Below are positions 1 to 9,716 of a stretch of 64,000 nucleotides of DNA, in pieces; the stretch's first letter is position 1; each line of letters starts with the position of its first letter. The translations under genes were made by a program, and so were the position numbers. This DNA is from Escherichia coli (GTDB lineage: Bacteria > Pseudomonadota > Gammaproteobacteria > Enterobacterales > Enterobacteriaceae): NCBI RefSeq assembly GCF_044324785.1, contig NZ_CP172127.1; one strand, given 5' to 3'. The notes beneath the pieces are model-generated. The model searched no databases and was not told the origin of the DNA. It saw nothing but the letters and a program-made list of their open reading frames with translations.

Positions 1-127
1 GTTATGATCGAGTGTGTTTCAAGAGTGTTTGCAACTCTGTTTTAAGGGCGAATGAAAAGGATTCGGACAGGATGACCGTGATTAATTTAACCCGGAAGCA
101 AAAGTTGATTTTCATTCTGATATGCCT

Positions 128-1252
128 TCAGTTTGTTAACGGACAAATCATGACCCGTTCATCAATGTTTGCGGGTAGCTCGCCTGGCGTGGGAACGCGT
201 TCACCCCGCTGAGCAGCCTGTGCCAGTGTGCGCAGCAAAAATACGCTGGCATGAGATATAGCCAGTTCCCGGGTTTCTGCACGGGTTTCAAGGTCGAAAT
301 CGTGCAGTGTCACGACAAACAGCCCGTTTCTGCACCCGACAGTTGCAGGGTAGGGAACAAAATAAGGTGAAATTTTGCTGGTCTGTTTACGCCTTGCATC
401 GAGTTTGCTGACCAGCTGATATGCCCGGAGATGCGTGTACCGTTTTAACATGTTCAGGGAGCGGTGGCCTGAAATAGCGGCAACTTCAATGACATTCAAT
501 GTACCAAGTTCGAAAAATCGGCTGATGGCTTCATGACGGAGATCGTGAAAATGCAGATTTTCTATTTTCAGGTCCAGAAGTGCGGTACGCCAGGCGCTTT
601 TGAAACCGGATGAGGTGTAACTGAACACATTGCCGTTTATCTGTTGTGGCAGAATTTGCAGGTAGTTGCGAGCTTTCCGGGAGAGTGGGACATCGCGTGG
701 TAAACCATTTTTCGTTTCAGGAAGATGCGCCACTCCGTGCTGCAAATCGAGGTGTTCCCAGCGTAATGTGAGAATTTCCCCCTGTCGCATTGCTGTTTCC
801 AGGGCCAGATGGAAGATAACGTAGAGCTGCTGATTTTTATCTCTGAAATAGCGGGAGAGTCGGCGTTCTTCGCCAGAAGTCAGGCGACGCTCTCGCCCAT
901 TACTGATTTTGGGTTTTCGGACCAGTTCAACAGGATTCATACGGCATGTCCCCCATTCCACACGGGCGATATTGAATAATGATGATAAAAGAGCAAGTTC
1001 AAGACGGACGGTGTTTCCGGTGATTTGACGCCCAGTTCGTGGGTTAATTTGAGCCAAACGCTGATCCCGGTAACTGGCGATATCAACGGTCGTGATTTCA
1101 TCCATATAGCGATCGGCCACAGGGTGACGTTTAATCACATTGACGCGATAAACCTCCTGCAGATGCCCTTTTTTATGGACGGAAACGGTTTTCAGGTATT
1201 TGTCCAGCGCCCGGTTGAGAGTCATTTTGCGAATTTTGATTTTTCGAAACAT
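128..1252 (-). CDS. rci: shufflon-specific tyrosine recombinase Rci (374 aa)
   Basis: Tyrosine-recombinase motifs in translation ([23 protein letters not shown]); lies immediately downstream of the pilV shufflon as in R64 and SPI-7. Start set to internal ATG at 1252 (MFRKIKIRK...); the 481-aa track ORF is an upstream extension that would run through shufflon repeat 1. Confidence 0.8.
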   Translation of the reverse strand: MFRKIKIRKMTLNRALDKYLKTVSVHKKGHLQEVYRVNVIKRHPVADRYMDEITTVDIASYRDQRLAQINPRTGRQITGNTVRLELALLSSLFNIARVEWGTCRMNPVELVRKPKISNGRERRLTSGEERRLSRYFRDKNQQLYVIFHLALETAMRQGEILTLRWEHLDLQHGVAHLPETKNGLPRDVPLSRKARNYLQILPQQINGNVFSYTSSGFKSAWRTALLDLKIENLHFHDLRHEAISRFFELGTLNVIEVAAISGHRSLNMLKRYTHLRAYQLVSKLDARRKQTSKISPYFVPYPATVGCRNGLFVVTLHDFDLETRAETRELAISHASVFLLRTLAQAAQRGERVPTPGELPANIDERVMICPLTN

Positions 1253-1314
1253 ATCGGCCTTCCACGATAAAAACGGGGAAGGTAGGAATAGTGAAACGGA
1301 AATGCAATATCGCC

Positions 1315-1333
1315 GTGCCAATCCGGTGTGTGG
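1315..1333 (+). repeat. shufflon 19-bp repeat 1 (gtgccaatccggtgtgtgg)
   Basis: Exact match to the repeat inside pilV (reverse complement of 2578..2596). Confidence 0.85.
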
Positions 1334-1705
1334 ATTGGCTTTGAATCCTACCCTGTGGGAAGCCCTATCCCATGGCCATCTGCCACTCCTCCACAAGGCT
1401 ATCTGTTGATGAACGGCCAGTCGTTTTCCTGTTCCCGGTATCCTCAGCTTGCCCGTGCTTATCCTGGCTGTAAATTGCCCGATCTGCGCGGTGTTTTTAT
1501 CCGTGGCTGGGATAACGGGAAGGGACTTGATGGTGATCGGAACAGACAACTCCTGAGTTATCAGGCCGATCAATCAGGCGTCTATCACGAACGTGGCGGA
1601 TGGCTGAAAGGGCATCATAGTGGTATGCCATACTGGGCACAGGGGAGTACCACAGAAATGCGTCCCAAAAATATTGCATTCAACTACATTGTTAAAGCCA
1701 GCTAG
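1315..1705 (+). CDS. silent alternative PilV C-terminal cassette A, phage tail-collar-like
   Basis: Open frame from repeat 1: [13 protein letters not shown]...[45 protein letters not shown], which resembles the conserved tail-fibre collar motif. No promoter or start of its own; expressed only after inversion. Confidence 0.6.
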
Positions 1706-1709
1706 GGAC

Positions 1710-2061
1710 TCACATCTGATAGGCATACACAGAGAAAACACCGTTACCACAGGCGTAATTTTGTGTTGGTCTGGAGATGATTTGATATGACGCTCCCACT
1801 GGCACGGCAAATGAAATAAATGCTGTCTTTCCGTAGGAGGGGTTATTGCTGGCATTCATACCAATGAAAGCGCCGTTCACATAGCCCTGAAGATTTGATG
1901 TGTTGGCGCAATCACCGCCACCGGCACCATTTCCACCGGAAGCGTACACAAACAAAGTTCCTCTGCCGTTATTTCTCCCGTTAAATGTTCCCCGGTGAGA
2001 ACCCAGATTGCTGTAACTTCCGTCAGGTGCACCAATCGTTCGCCACACACCGGATTGGCAC
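1710..2061 (-). CDS. silent alternative PilV C-terminal cassette A' (Gly/Asn-rich)
   Basis: Open frame on minus strand running from repeat 2 (CQSGVWRTIGAPDGSYSNLG...) to stop at 1710; convergent with cassette A. Confidence 0.55.
2043..2061 (-). repeat. shufflon 19-bp repeat 2 (inverted orientation)
   Basis: Plus strand reads ccacacaccggattggcac, the exact reverse complement of repeat 1. Confidence 0.85.
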
Positions 2062-2069
2062 GGAGGCCA

Positions 2070-2088
2070 GTGCCAATCCGGTTTGTGG
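2070..2088 (+). repeat. shufflon 19-bp repeat 3 (one mismatch: gtgccaatccggtttgtgg)
   Basis: Direct orientation; separated from repeat 2 by an 8-bp spacer. Confidence 0.8.
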
Positions 2089-2295
2089 CTTGGAGGCAAT
2101 AAAGTGAACTATTCTGCCTGTAAATGGTATGAAGCGACCTCCGCACATTTTATCGGTGGCAGAAGCGGAGGCTCTATTTATTACAAGCCGATTCAGTGCC
2201 CTGCCGGGTACGTCATGACAGGTACAAGAATGTACGGCATCGGAGATGGTGTTGATGAAGAGCACGTCGATGCTTACTGTTGCCCTTTTGGTTAG
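2070..2295 (+). CDS. silent alternative PilV C-terminal cassette B' (Cys-containing)
   Basis: Open frame from repeat 3: CQSGLWLGGNKVNYSACKWYEATSAHFIGG...CCPFG; convergent with the currently expressed pilV C-terminus. Confidence 0.55.
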
Positions 2296-2331
2296 ATTCC
2301 GAGGGCCGGTATTTAATTTTCTCCCGTTGGC

Positions 2332-3534
2332 TTATTTCTCACAGATTGCTATAGCCTGGAAACAACTCAGGGAGCCAGAGCCAGTAGCAATCCACCGATT
2401 GTTTTTGTAATCAGGGTAACTACCATCTGGTGAGTTGTATCCGTTATGGACCCACTGGGATAACCTGTAGCCGCCGGAGACCAACTTACTCCCCGATGGG
2501 CATACCGCGTAAGACGATGTCTGAAAGCACCCATTCCCGCCGGATACTGTGAAACGCTCTTTTTTGTCACTGTTTTGCCACACACCGGATTGGCACGAAA
2601 GTATTGCCCCTTTACTGTCGCGGCCTACAAGTCCGTCCGGTGAGCAGGAAGTACCTGCGGTGGCTGTTTTTTCCAGCTGTAAATACTCACCCGTGGAAAG
2701 ACGCCCCTCAGACCGGACAGTTCCACCACTGACTTTTCCTCCTTTGAGCTCTCCTTCGGTTGTGATCCCTTTGTTGTTAACAGCACGTATCCATTGGCTG
2801 TCCGTCATGGTGAAGCCGCCACCATTTGGATGTAACCAACGATTTGATGTGACATCGCCTGAAAATCTGGCGTTTTTACCACTGGCTTCATTGATATTGG
2901 TGATGCTGTTATTATTCATATCAATGCCAGTATGCATTCTGTTTAAATCGGGTCTTCCCTGAACGCTGTAGCGGTAAAGCCGATCGCTTTCCTCCAGATC
3001 TTTTCCAGCCATTCGCATGGCGATATGCCCCTTGTTGCAGGTAATCTGATAATTACTTCCCAGATCGGTCCAGCCGCCAAAGGCACCTGTAACGGAATTA
3101 TTCTGGAGCATAAAACCACCGAGTCCATTAATCTGGCCCGCTATGCGACGTAACCCATCTTCTTTAATATCCTGTCCTCCGGTTGTGCAGGTAAGTGCTT
3201 CCAGACGACCGGATAAATTATTTTTTCTGATACCGGTAATATAGCTGTGTCCAAAGGGGGAGCGGGAAAAACCGTTGTTCAGATATCCCTGCTGAATTAA
3301 TTCATTTACCGTGATGGTTTTACTGGAAAGTGAGCTGGTTTTATCAGCCACATAATTCTTTATTGCATTATTATATTCATCAGCATGTAAAGCCGCACTT
3401 TGATAAAGTTGTTCATTCAGCCAGTCTTCAATTTCTGAATAAATCATTGGCGTGGCGATACCAATTACTATCAGGCCTGCCAGAATTTCAAGCAGAATAA
3501 AACCTTTATCGTCATCGTGTCTGAATTTTTTCAC
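2332..3534 (-). CDS. pilV: type IVB minor pilin/adhesin PilV, current shufflon isoform (400 aa)
   Basis: Prepilin-like N-terminus (MKKFRHDDDKG/FILLEILAGLIVIGIA); C-terminal third lies inside shufflon segment B; GTG start overlapping the pilU stop. Confidence 0.8.
   Translation of the reverse strand: MKKFRHDDDKGFILLEILAGLIVIGIATPMIYSEIEDWLNEQLYQSAALHADEYNNAIKNYVADKTSSLSSKTITVNELIQQGYLNNGFSRSPFGHSYITGIRKNNLSGRLEALTCTTGGQDIKEDGLRRIAGQINGLGGFMLQNNSVTGAFGGWTDLGSNYQITCNKGHIAMRMAGKDLEESDRLYRYSVQGRPDLNRMHTGIDMNNNSITNINEASGKNARFSGDVTSNRWLHPNGGGFTMTDSQWIRAVNNKGITTEGELKGGKVSGGTVRSEGRLSTGEYLQLEKTATAGTSCSPDGLVGRDSKGAILSCQSGVWQNSDKKERFTVSGGNGCFQTSSYAVCPSGSKLVSGGYRLSQWVHNGYNSPDGSYPDYKNNRWIATGSGSLSCFQAIAICEK
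2578..2596 (-). repeat. shufflon 19-bp repeat 4, inside pilV at the constant/variable junction
   Basis: Plus strand reads ccacacaccggattggcac; in pilV it encodes CQSGVW. Confidence 0.85.
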
Positions 3535-4181
3535 GTGAATATCTCCGATGTGTGGATAACGGAATCAGGGAAGAGGGTCAGCACATACAGGGACCCGCAG
3601 AGAAACGGGGCAAACGGCAGCGCCAGCTGGCGTCTGCGACGGCAGAAAATGAGGATAAACAGAAATGCTCCGGAGGCTGCGGCGGTGATTATGAGTGGAG
3701 TGTGTTGCGGTTGCGTCCACATTGCGATCCCCGCAATCAGGAACACATCACCAAGGCCGAGCGCTTCCGTCCCTTTCGCTGCCAGAAAAATGCGTCGTAA
3801 CAGGTATATCATGCCGAACCACAGTGACGCGTTGAGCAGGGCATGAGCCAGTGAGTCCTGGCTGTATCTGAACGCTGCGCCCAGAATAATAAGAGAAAGC
3901 GTGAATATCCGGGGAAGCCGACAGACAGCAATATCCGTCAGCGTCATTACAGTTAATAATCCCGTCAGAATGGAAAGGAATAACAGTCCTGTCGCGTCAA
4001 CACCATATGCACCGTTGAGGCAAATGCTCAGGACAGCCAGAAGACAACAGATGCACACCGCAGCGTTGTGTGGGCGGGTATTGTGTACTTCTGATAAATA
4101 TACTGTGGCGGCGCTGTATGAAAGATACAGAATTGCCGCAAGGACAATCAGGATAATGCATATCGGGAGTAATTCAGACAC
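3531..4181 (-). CDS. pilU: prepilin peptidase (216 aa)
   Basis: Polytopic membrane protein in the expected pil-operon position; GTG start. Assigned by synteny with the R64 thin-pilus operon and hydrophobicity profile. Confidence 0.65.
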   Translation of the reverse strand: MSELLPICIILIVLAAILYLSYSAATVYLSEVHNTRPHNAAVCICCLLAVLSICLNGAYGVDATGLLFLSILTGLLTVMTLTDIAVCRLPRIFTLSLIILGAAFRYSQDSLAHALLNASLWFGMIYLLRRIFLAAKGTEALGLGDVFLIAGIAMWTQPQHTPLIITAAASGAFLFILIFCRRRRQLALPFAPFLCGSLYVLTLFPDSVIHTSEIFT

Positions 4182-4193
4182 AGTTACCTCAGC

Positions 4194-4670
4194 TTAATCT
4201 TTTCTGAAATACCGGTTGTGGATTATTCGGGCATATATCATGCGCCGGGCTGTGTTATTTTTGCTGAATCCTGCGTTGTAACTGCCAAGGCATTCCCAGT
4301 TAACGCCGCAGCGTTGAAAATGGCGGGCCAGTATCCAGGCACCGGTATGAATATTCAGGCAGGGCTTTTTAAGCAGTTCATCCTTGTTTTTAATGACGCC
4401 CAGTTTTTTCAGTTCAGGAATATGCACTGAATTAATCTGCATTATTCCGTAATCCGTACTGATGATTTTTCCGGATTTGTTTTTATTGTGATTTATCGCA
4501 GTGGCGACCAGGCCGCTTTCCTGCTGTGCAATGGTTTTCAGAAGCTCAGGGGCAATCAGGTAACGTTTTCCGGCCTGAATAAAACAGGAATCGAGATGAT
4601 TATTATTCATCACAGATGCGATTGATGTGTGACTGAATAAAAGCAGGACAGAGAGATATAACCATTTCAT
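4194..4670 (-). CDS. pilT: lytic transglycosylase, SLT domain (158 aa)
   Basis: Signal peptide followed by SLT-like motifs (TIAQQESG, YGIMQIN); in R64-type operons pilT is a transglycosylase, not the retraction ATPase. Confidence 0.75.
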   Translation of the reverse strand: MKWLYLSVLLLFSHTSIASVMNNNHLDSCFIQAGKRYLIAPELLKTIAQQESGLVATAINHNKNKSGKIISTDYGIMQINSVHIPELKKLGVIKNKDELLKKPCLNIHTGAWILARHFQRCGVNWECLGSYNAGFSKNNTARRMIYARIIHNRYFRKD

Positions 4671-4728
4671 TATGATAATCCCGGCAGTGACAGCATCCTC
4701 TGGTATTTAAGGATGCTGTCCGGAAACA

Positions 4729-5265
4729 TTAGCTGTTTGTTTCAAGGGTGATGTTATTTTTGTCGTTACTACATACTGTTACGGGATCCACAGTAGCCGG
4801 GGCGGTATTCATGATTTTGGTAAACATGGATGAACTGCGCAGGCTGTTAATGAGTTCCACGCAATTTTCTTTCGGTACATTATTGCTGGTAATCGTATAA
4901 CCATACTTATCTGCTGTTGCCTTAATGGTGACATCACCGCCCCAGGCATTTTTGGCCTTGTTACCACCGGCGATCATATCGGCCGGCAGGGAACCACTCT
5001 GCGTCAGCGTTTTGATATAATCACTGCTGGTATATTGTCCCTGGAACTTGTACTGCTTCATTTTTGTTGCAATAGTCTGCAGGTTTTTCAGTTCACGCTG
5101 GTTATCACTGGATGACATTGTGCTGGACATCTGACTTATTGCGAGAGATACCACAATACCGATGATAATCAGTGCACCGGCAACTTCCAGTAAGGTTAAA
5201 CCTTTATCCTCCTCTTTCTCTTTTTTTAAAGCAAAATAAGAATAAAGACATGATCTGAAGTTCAT
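4729..5265 (-). CDS. pilS: type IVB major prepilin (178 aa)
   Basis: Long leader then G/LTLLEV cleavage motif and hydrophobic alpha-helical N-terminus; AGGAG RBS upstream. Confidence 0.8.
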   Translation of the reverse strand: MNFRSCLYSYFALKKEKEEDKGLTLLEVAGALIIIGIVVSLAISQMSSTMSSSDNQRELKNLQTIATKMKQYKFQGQYTSSDYIKTLTQSGSLPADMIAGGNKAKNAWGGDVTIKATADKYGYTITSNNVPKENCVELINSLRSSSMFTKIMNTAPATVDPVTVCSNDKNNITLETNS

Positions 5266-5314
5266 ATATCACTCCTGGTTTATGGGATGTTTCAGAAATA
5301 TTCTGTATGCGGGA

Positions 5315-6415
5315 TTATTGTTTCAGCATGTCGCTGATACTGTAGATGGCAGATATCATGTTAAGAATAAAAAAGAAGACAAAACCTCCTGATATACCGG
5401 TAATAATTAATCCCATTCGTTTTACCCGTTTTTTTGCCTCTTCCAGCCACTGATCGGCATAGAGTGCCATGGTTGCCACTCTGTCCTCCCTTTCGGAGTT
5501 CAGGAGCAGTTTATTGATGCATATTCTGGACGGAAAATCGTAACCGGAATTTCGCATTGCTGTGGCCAGATTCTGACCGGATAATACATGTTTTCGTATT
5601 GCCTGAATTCTCTCCTTTAACCATTTATTCTTTTCTGCACCTTTTTCCATTCGGAGCAGCGCCTGCGAAAGAGGAATATTAATCTGCAGCATGGATGAAA
5701 TACTGAACAGATAATTCACCCCGTGTAAGGTCTGATACAGTGACCAGGGGGGAGCCTTGTCCAGCATCCTCCGGCCGGGGCCGGTATACCGGCTGAATGA
5801 AAAACGGATCAGAAGCGTCAGGGCGAAAATGGTCCCACAGAGCCAGAATCCGTACCCGATGAAAAATTCCGACATGCCGGCAAGCAATTTCATCTGGAAT
5901 GACCATTTATCTTCTGAAGCAAACGCACTGACGATGGGGATGATACGGGTATGGGCGTTGTACATATTCACCACACAGAGCGAAAGCAGCAGAAGGGGGT
6001 AGAGGCAGACGGCAATGAGGCTGGATGTCATTTCCCGCCGGGCTTTAACGGTTCTGGCCACCTGGAAAAGGGCGTCGGCAATATTTCCGCGCTCTTCCCC
6101 GTTTCTGATTAACGTGGCTTCCTCCGGTGGCACCCAGGTTAACAGGGCACCGGATAACATGCCGCTGGCTTTGATGGAATCGATGCATTCTTTTGCCAGA
6201 AAATACATGCCGGATGTGCCTTTCTTTTCACCAAAATCGGTTTCGATCTCGCAGAGAAATTCGAGTGCACGCAGGGACGGCGTTCCGTCACGTATCATGC
6301 CGCCCAGGGCTTCGTAGAACTCCACCCGGTTCAGGGCAAAGGTTTTTCTGGCTATCCAGACAGTCAGTGCTGTCAGCTCAATGTCGGTGTTGTTGAGTTT
6401 TTCCAGAAATCTCAT
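5315..6415 (-). CDS. pilR: type IV pilus inner-membrane platform protein, GspF/PilC-like (366 aa)
   Basis: Start set to ATG at 6415 (MRFLEKLNNTD...), immediately after the pilQ stop; size agrees with R64 PilR. Confidence 0.7.
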   Translation of the reverse strand: MRFLEKLNNTDIELTALTVWIARKTFALNRVEFYEALGGMIRDGTPSLRALEFLCEIETDFGEKKGTSGMYFLAKECIDSIKASGMLSGALLTWVPPEEATLIRNGEERGNIADALFQVARTVKARREMTSSLIAVCLYPLLLLSLCVVNMYNAHTRIIPIVSAFASEDKWSFQMKLLAGMSEFFIGYGFWLCGTIFALTLLIRFSFSRYTGPGRRMLDKAPPWSLYQTLHGVNYLFSISSMLQINIPLSQALLRMEKGAEKNKWLKERIQAIRKHVLSGQNLATAMRNSGYDFPSRICINKLLLNSEREDRVATMALYADQWLEEAKKRVKRMGLIITGISGGFVFFFILNMISAIYSISDMLKQ

Positions 6416-6416
6416 G

Positions 6417-7937
6417 TCAGTGCAGCAGCGTATAGCTGTCCTCGTCGATGGGAGAGATGTAATGGGCCGCCAGCGGATCAACCTGCCCGCTGTTGATTTT
6501 TCCCAGCAGATGCTGATTTCGTGTCATGCCGCCCAGCTCCCGGTGCCAGTATGTTCTGGCCTCAATACGCCCCTTTTCCCGGTACAACTGGAAAAAACGC
6601 GCATCCGGGGAGATGACTTCTGCGATCACCGTTCGTCCTGTCACGCCACGCCAGCAGTGCGGGCAGCCTTCATGATTTCGCAGATATACCTGGTCCGGGT
6701 TGCAGACGCTTTCCACCAGGCGCCGTTCATCATCCGTGCGCTCGGTAGCCACCTCATGCCAGGGGCGACGGCAGTGCGGACATATCAGCTGAACCAGACG
6801 CTGGCTCAGCAGGCCAATGAACAGTTGCGGGTCGGCAATCATCCTGGCCTGTACCCCCTCCATCTCAAGACGTTCGAGGATGTTAATCGGGTCGTTCGCA
6901 TGGATGGTGGTCAGCATCAGATGCCCGGTCATGGCGGCTTTTATTGCCGTAATGGCGGAATCGTGGTCACGGATTTCGCCGTTCAGGATCCCGTCAGGGT
7001 CAAGACGCAGTGCTGATTTAATGGAGTCCACCCAGCCCTGTGCGGAATCCATGACGGCGGTCTGAATGGCACCGGGTATACGGCCCTCTGGCGGGGATTC
7101 AATGGTGAACAGCCTGCGACGGGGCAGAAGAATACCGCCGGTATTGTTGAAGCCGTACTGTTCAAGGTACGCCGCAGAGGCGGTTCTCAGCGTGGTGGAT
7201 TTTCCTGAACCTGTTGGTCCTGAGAGCGTGATAATACCTTCAGGGCGCTGCAGAATACGGCGCAGGGTGCGCTCCTGCTCAGGGTGGTAGCCCAGCATGC
7301 TGAAGGTCGGGATTTGCTGACTGTCATCCTTGATCAGACGGAGCACAGCATAGAGGCCGCCCACGCAGGGATAGTGGGAGTAGCGTGCACCAAACAGACC
7401 GGCCAGTTTCAGGTACTGCTCTGAAAGACGCGCATCCTGAGGCACCCCGGGATCAAACTGTGTGCCCTTGATGACGTCGGTCATGCCGGAATAGGTGGCC
7501 CCCAGTAATTCGAGGCCTTCTTCTTTCCGGAGGATATCGAGCACTTCCAGTTCGCCGTGAACCCGGGCTTCCACATAGGTGAAGTCCGTGTTGTCTCGTC
7601 CCGGGGTCATATGAAGGTCTGAGGCATCCAGTTGAGCGGCTTTTCTGATGTAATCAAGAACTTTTCTTTGTACTGTGTTGATCCCTCCGTCGGATAAAAC
7701 GCCCGGTGCACGTTCCGTATTATTGCTGTTCAGGGTTGCGATAACGTCAAGAGTGGTAAAATCGAATTTGCTGATTTTTCCCGGATAGCGGGAGCGTAAG
7801 AGCGTCAGGTAACGTTGTACAGAGGTGATGTGCTTCTTCGCCTCGACGACTTTCACCCTGATTTTTCCGTCAGCGTCATGCTGAATTGCGACGAAATCAC
7901 GAATATCTTCAGGAGGCAGTTCGATAGTCTCTGGCAT
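6417..7937 (-). CDS. pilQ: type IV pilus assembly ATPase, GspE family (506 aa)
   Basis: Walker A (LSGPTGSGKSTTL) and tetracysteine motif (CPHC...CPHC). Confidence 0.85.
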   Translation of the reverse strand: MPETIELPPEDIRDFVAIQHDADGKIRVKVVEAKKHITSVQRYLTLLRSRYPGKISKFDFTTLDVIATLNSNNTERAPGVLSDGGINTVQRKVLDYIRKAAQLDASDLHMTPGRDNTDFTYVEARVHGELEVLDILRKEEGLELLGATYSGMTDVIKGTQFDPGVPQDARLSEQYLKLAGLFGARYSHYPCVGGLYAVLRLIKDDSQQIPTFSMLGYHPEQERTLRRILQRPEGIITLSGPTGSGKSTTLRTASAAYLEQYGFNNTGGILLPRRRLFTIESPPEGRIPGAIQTAVMDSAQGWVDSIKSALRLDPDGILNGEIRDHDSAITAIKAAMTGHLMLTTIHANDPINILERLEMEGVQARMIADPQLFIGLLSQRLVQLICPHCRRPWHEVATERTDDERRLVESVCNPDQVYLRNHEGCPHCWRGVTGRTVIAEVISPDARFFQLYREKGRIEARTYWHRELGGMTRNQHLLGKINSGQVDPLAAHYISPIDEDSYTLLH

Positions 7938-7946
7938 GATGGCACC

Positions 7947-8408
7947 TCACGGGAGTAGCGTCTGCCTGTTGCCGTTGTATTCCAGAATCACACTGTCCGG
8001 TGTGATTTGTTCCACCATGAACAGTGTACCGGGTAATGCCTGTCCGGCCCTGACATCAGTTTCAGTTCCTCCGGGGAGTATGACGCGTGCTGAAAGCTGT
8101 GGCTGAATACCAAAGATTTCTTTCAGACGGGGGGATGAAAATGCCTGTGAACCGGAGGAGGTGCCAGCCGCATTTTCCGGCTGATGTCCCGTGACAGAAC
8201 CGGAAACCGGGGAGATACCCTGTTCCAGTGTCCGCAATTCATGACGAATTTTTTCTCTTGCCAGCATCGCTTCATACAGGGCGGTTTCTTCCTGAATCTG
8301 CTCAATCTGCAGTTGTTTGTTCTGTGACGCGTCATTTTCGTTGCCGGCCACTGCCATTGCCGGTAACAGCAGGGCTGCAATCAGCAGCGCTTTTGTTTTA
8401 TCGTGCAT
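7947..8408 (-). CDS. pilP: pilus assembly protein PilP-like (153 aa)
   Basis: Internal ATG at 8408 gives a signal-peptide N-terminus (MHDKTKALLIAALLLPAMAVA); size matches R64 PilP. Confidence 0.65.
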   Translation of the reverse strand: MHDKTKALLIAALLLPAMAVAGNENDASQNKQLQIEQIQEETALYEAMLAREKIRHELRTLEQGISPVSGSVTGHQPENAAGTSSGSQAFSSPRLKEIFGIQPQLSARVILPGGTETDVRAGQALPGTLFMVEQITPDSVILEYNGNRQTLLP

Positions 8409-9693
8409 AATATTTACCTGTGAACTGATAACGGAAACGACCATTTTCCAGTTGTCTTGTGACAGAGAGAAAACGGACAGATGGCTCGCTGAAGCGCTCT
8501 GCCAGCTGGTTAGCCGGGAGTAGCGTCTGTATCTGCAGGTCATACTCTTTCCACGGTGGCTGGATGATGTTTCCGTTTTCATCAGTGAAGCTGTTATTGA
8601 CTTCCTGCCAGTCAATCTGCAGTTGAACTGACTGTGCGAGCGTGGTCAGTCGTTCCTGCAGGTCTCGGGTTTCCGGAAGGGAATCAACCGGGACAGGATT
8701 ATCCGGGAGCCGGAATGTGACCGGCAGTGCAACGCCGCCAGAGTTCCCTTCAGGCATAACAATAAACGGCCGGGTGTCTGTGAGTTCAGTGATGCGCCGG
8801 ATGAAGGCTGTCACTGTCGTGCCTGCTGTATTGGTGTATGAAGACCGCAGATTACCGCTGTTACCGTCAGAAGAACATTCAGCCAGGGTATAACGCCATC
8901 CGGCAGCAGACAGTGGCGTCTGGTTCCATGTTGTGCTGCATTGCCGGATAAATTCTCCGCTCTCAGGCTGCCTCGTCCATGGTGGCGTTATACGTGCTTC
9001 AGCTGCTTTCCGGGCGCTTTCTTCCCGTTCCGCTTTTTCCGCCTGCCAGATTTCATAACGTTGCCAGCCGTACCACGATGCGCCAAGCAGCGTGATGATG
9101 AGTAAGGCTGTCATTAACTGTGGGCCTCTGGACACGGGGAGCAGACGCGCTTCTGCCGGATGCTTTCTGGTGCTGATCAGGTTTGACAGCGGTAGCGGGA
9201 TACACCGACTGTCTGGTGAAAAACCGTCAGGTTCGTAGCGTACCCAGCCGTTTTCCGGTTCCGCATTGAGCATCAGGAACGTGTTGCGGGCTTCCGTGAT
9301 TTCAGTCGGGGTACCGGTAACGTCGTTAACCAGAATGCCATTAATCACCGATACAAACGCACAGGTGAGTTCAGCGTCGTCGTTCTCGTCGTTCCCGATG
9401 ATGAAAATGGCATACCCACCTGATTTGAGTAGCGGGCGTATTAACATTGCCAGTGACAGGCACTGGCGAATGTTACGGGGGATATCTGCATCCTGACGAC
9501 TGAGCAGGGCAATCATCATTTCATCACCGTTTTCACCGTCGTGGTTGTGGCAGGAAAGATACAGTTCTGCGCCCTGTGACCGGGCAAACCGCCGGGCATT
9601 CCGGTAACCGGGAGGTATGCTCTTCCAGTCAAGGCCCGCAAGGAATGCCTGTTTACCCGATATCAGTGAAACCGGACGAATTTTTTTCTGCAT
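8398..9693 (-). CDS. pilO: pilus assembly protein PilO-like (431 aa)
   Basis: Start at ATG 9693 (MQKKIRPV...); length equals R64 PilO as I recall it; one internal TM segment. Assigned by synteny. Confidence 0.65.
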   Translation of the reverse strand: MQKKIRPVSLISGKQAFLAGLDWKSIPPGYRNARRFARSQGAELYLSCHNHDGENGDEMMIALLSRQDADIPRNIRQCLSLAMLIRPLLKSGGYAIFIIGNDENDDAELTCAFVSVINGILVNDVTGTPTEITEARNTFLMLNAEPENGWVRYEPDGFSPDSRCIPLPLSNLISTRKHPAEARLLPVSRGPQLMTALLIITLLGASWYGWQRYEIWQAEKAEREESARKAAEARITPPWTRQPESGEFIRQCSTTWNQTPLSAAGWRYTLAECSSDGNSGNLRSSYTNTAGTTVTAFIRRITELTDTRPFIVMPEGNSGGVALPVTFRLPDNPVPVDSLPETRDLQERLTTLAQSVQLQIDWQEVNNSFTDENGNIIQPPWKEYDLQIQTLLPANQLAERFSEPSVRFLSVTRQLENGRFRYQFTGKYYAR

Positions 9694-9716
9694 TGACCCG
9701 TTCAAGGGAACCTCCG

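Larger units (their letters stand above)
1315..2596. other. shufflon: multiple-inversion region with four 19-bp sfx-like repeats bounding two invertible segments (1334..2042 and 2089..2577)
   Basis: Four copies of gtgccaatccggtgtgtgg or its reverse complement in alternating orientation; each encodes CQSG(V/L)W in frame with a different convergent C-terminal cassette. Confidence 0.8.

Noticed and set aside
12-212. 66-aa ORF at the window start
   Set aside because: Overlaps the rci 3' end on the opposite strand with no supporting features; the region is the truncated edge of the island.
128-1573. Full 481-aa track ORF for rci, and similar N-terminal extensions for pilR, pilP, pilN, pilM, nupG, mutY, yggR, ruvX, yqgE, rsmE, sprT, galP, metK, speA, loiP, tktA, epd, pgk and fbaA
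   Set aside because: The extensions run through upstream genes, terminators or shufflon repeats and do not match known N-termini; internal ATGs with RBS context were used instead.
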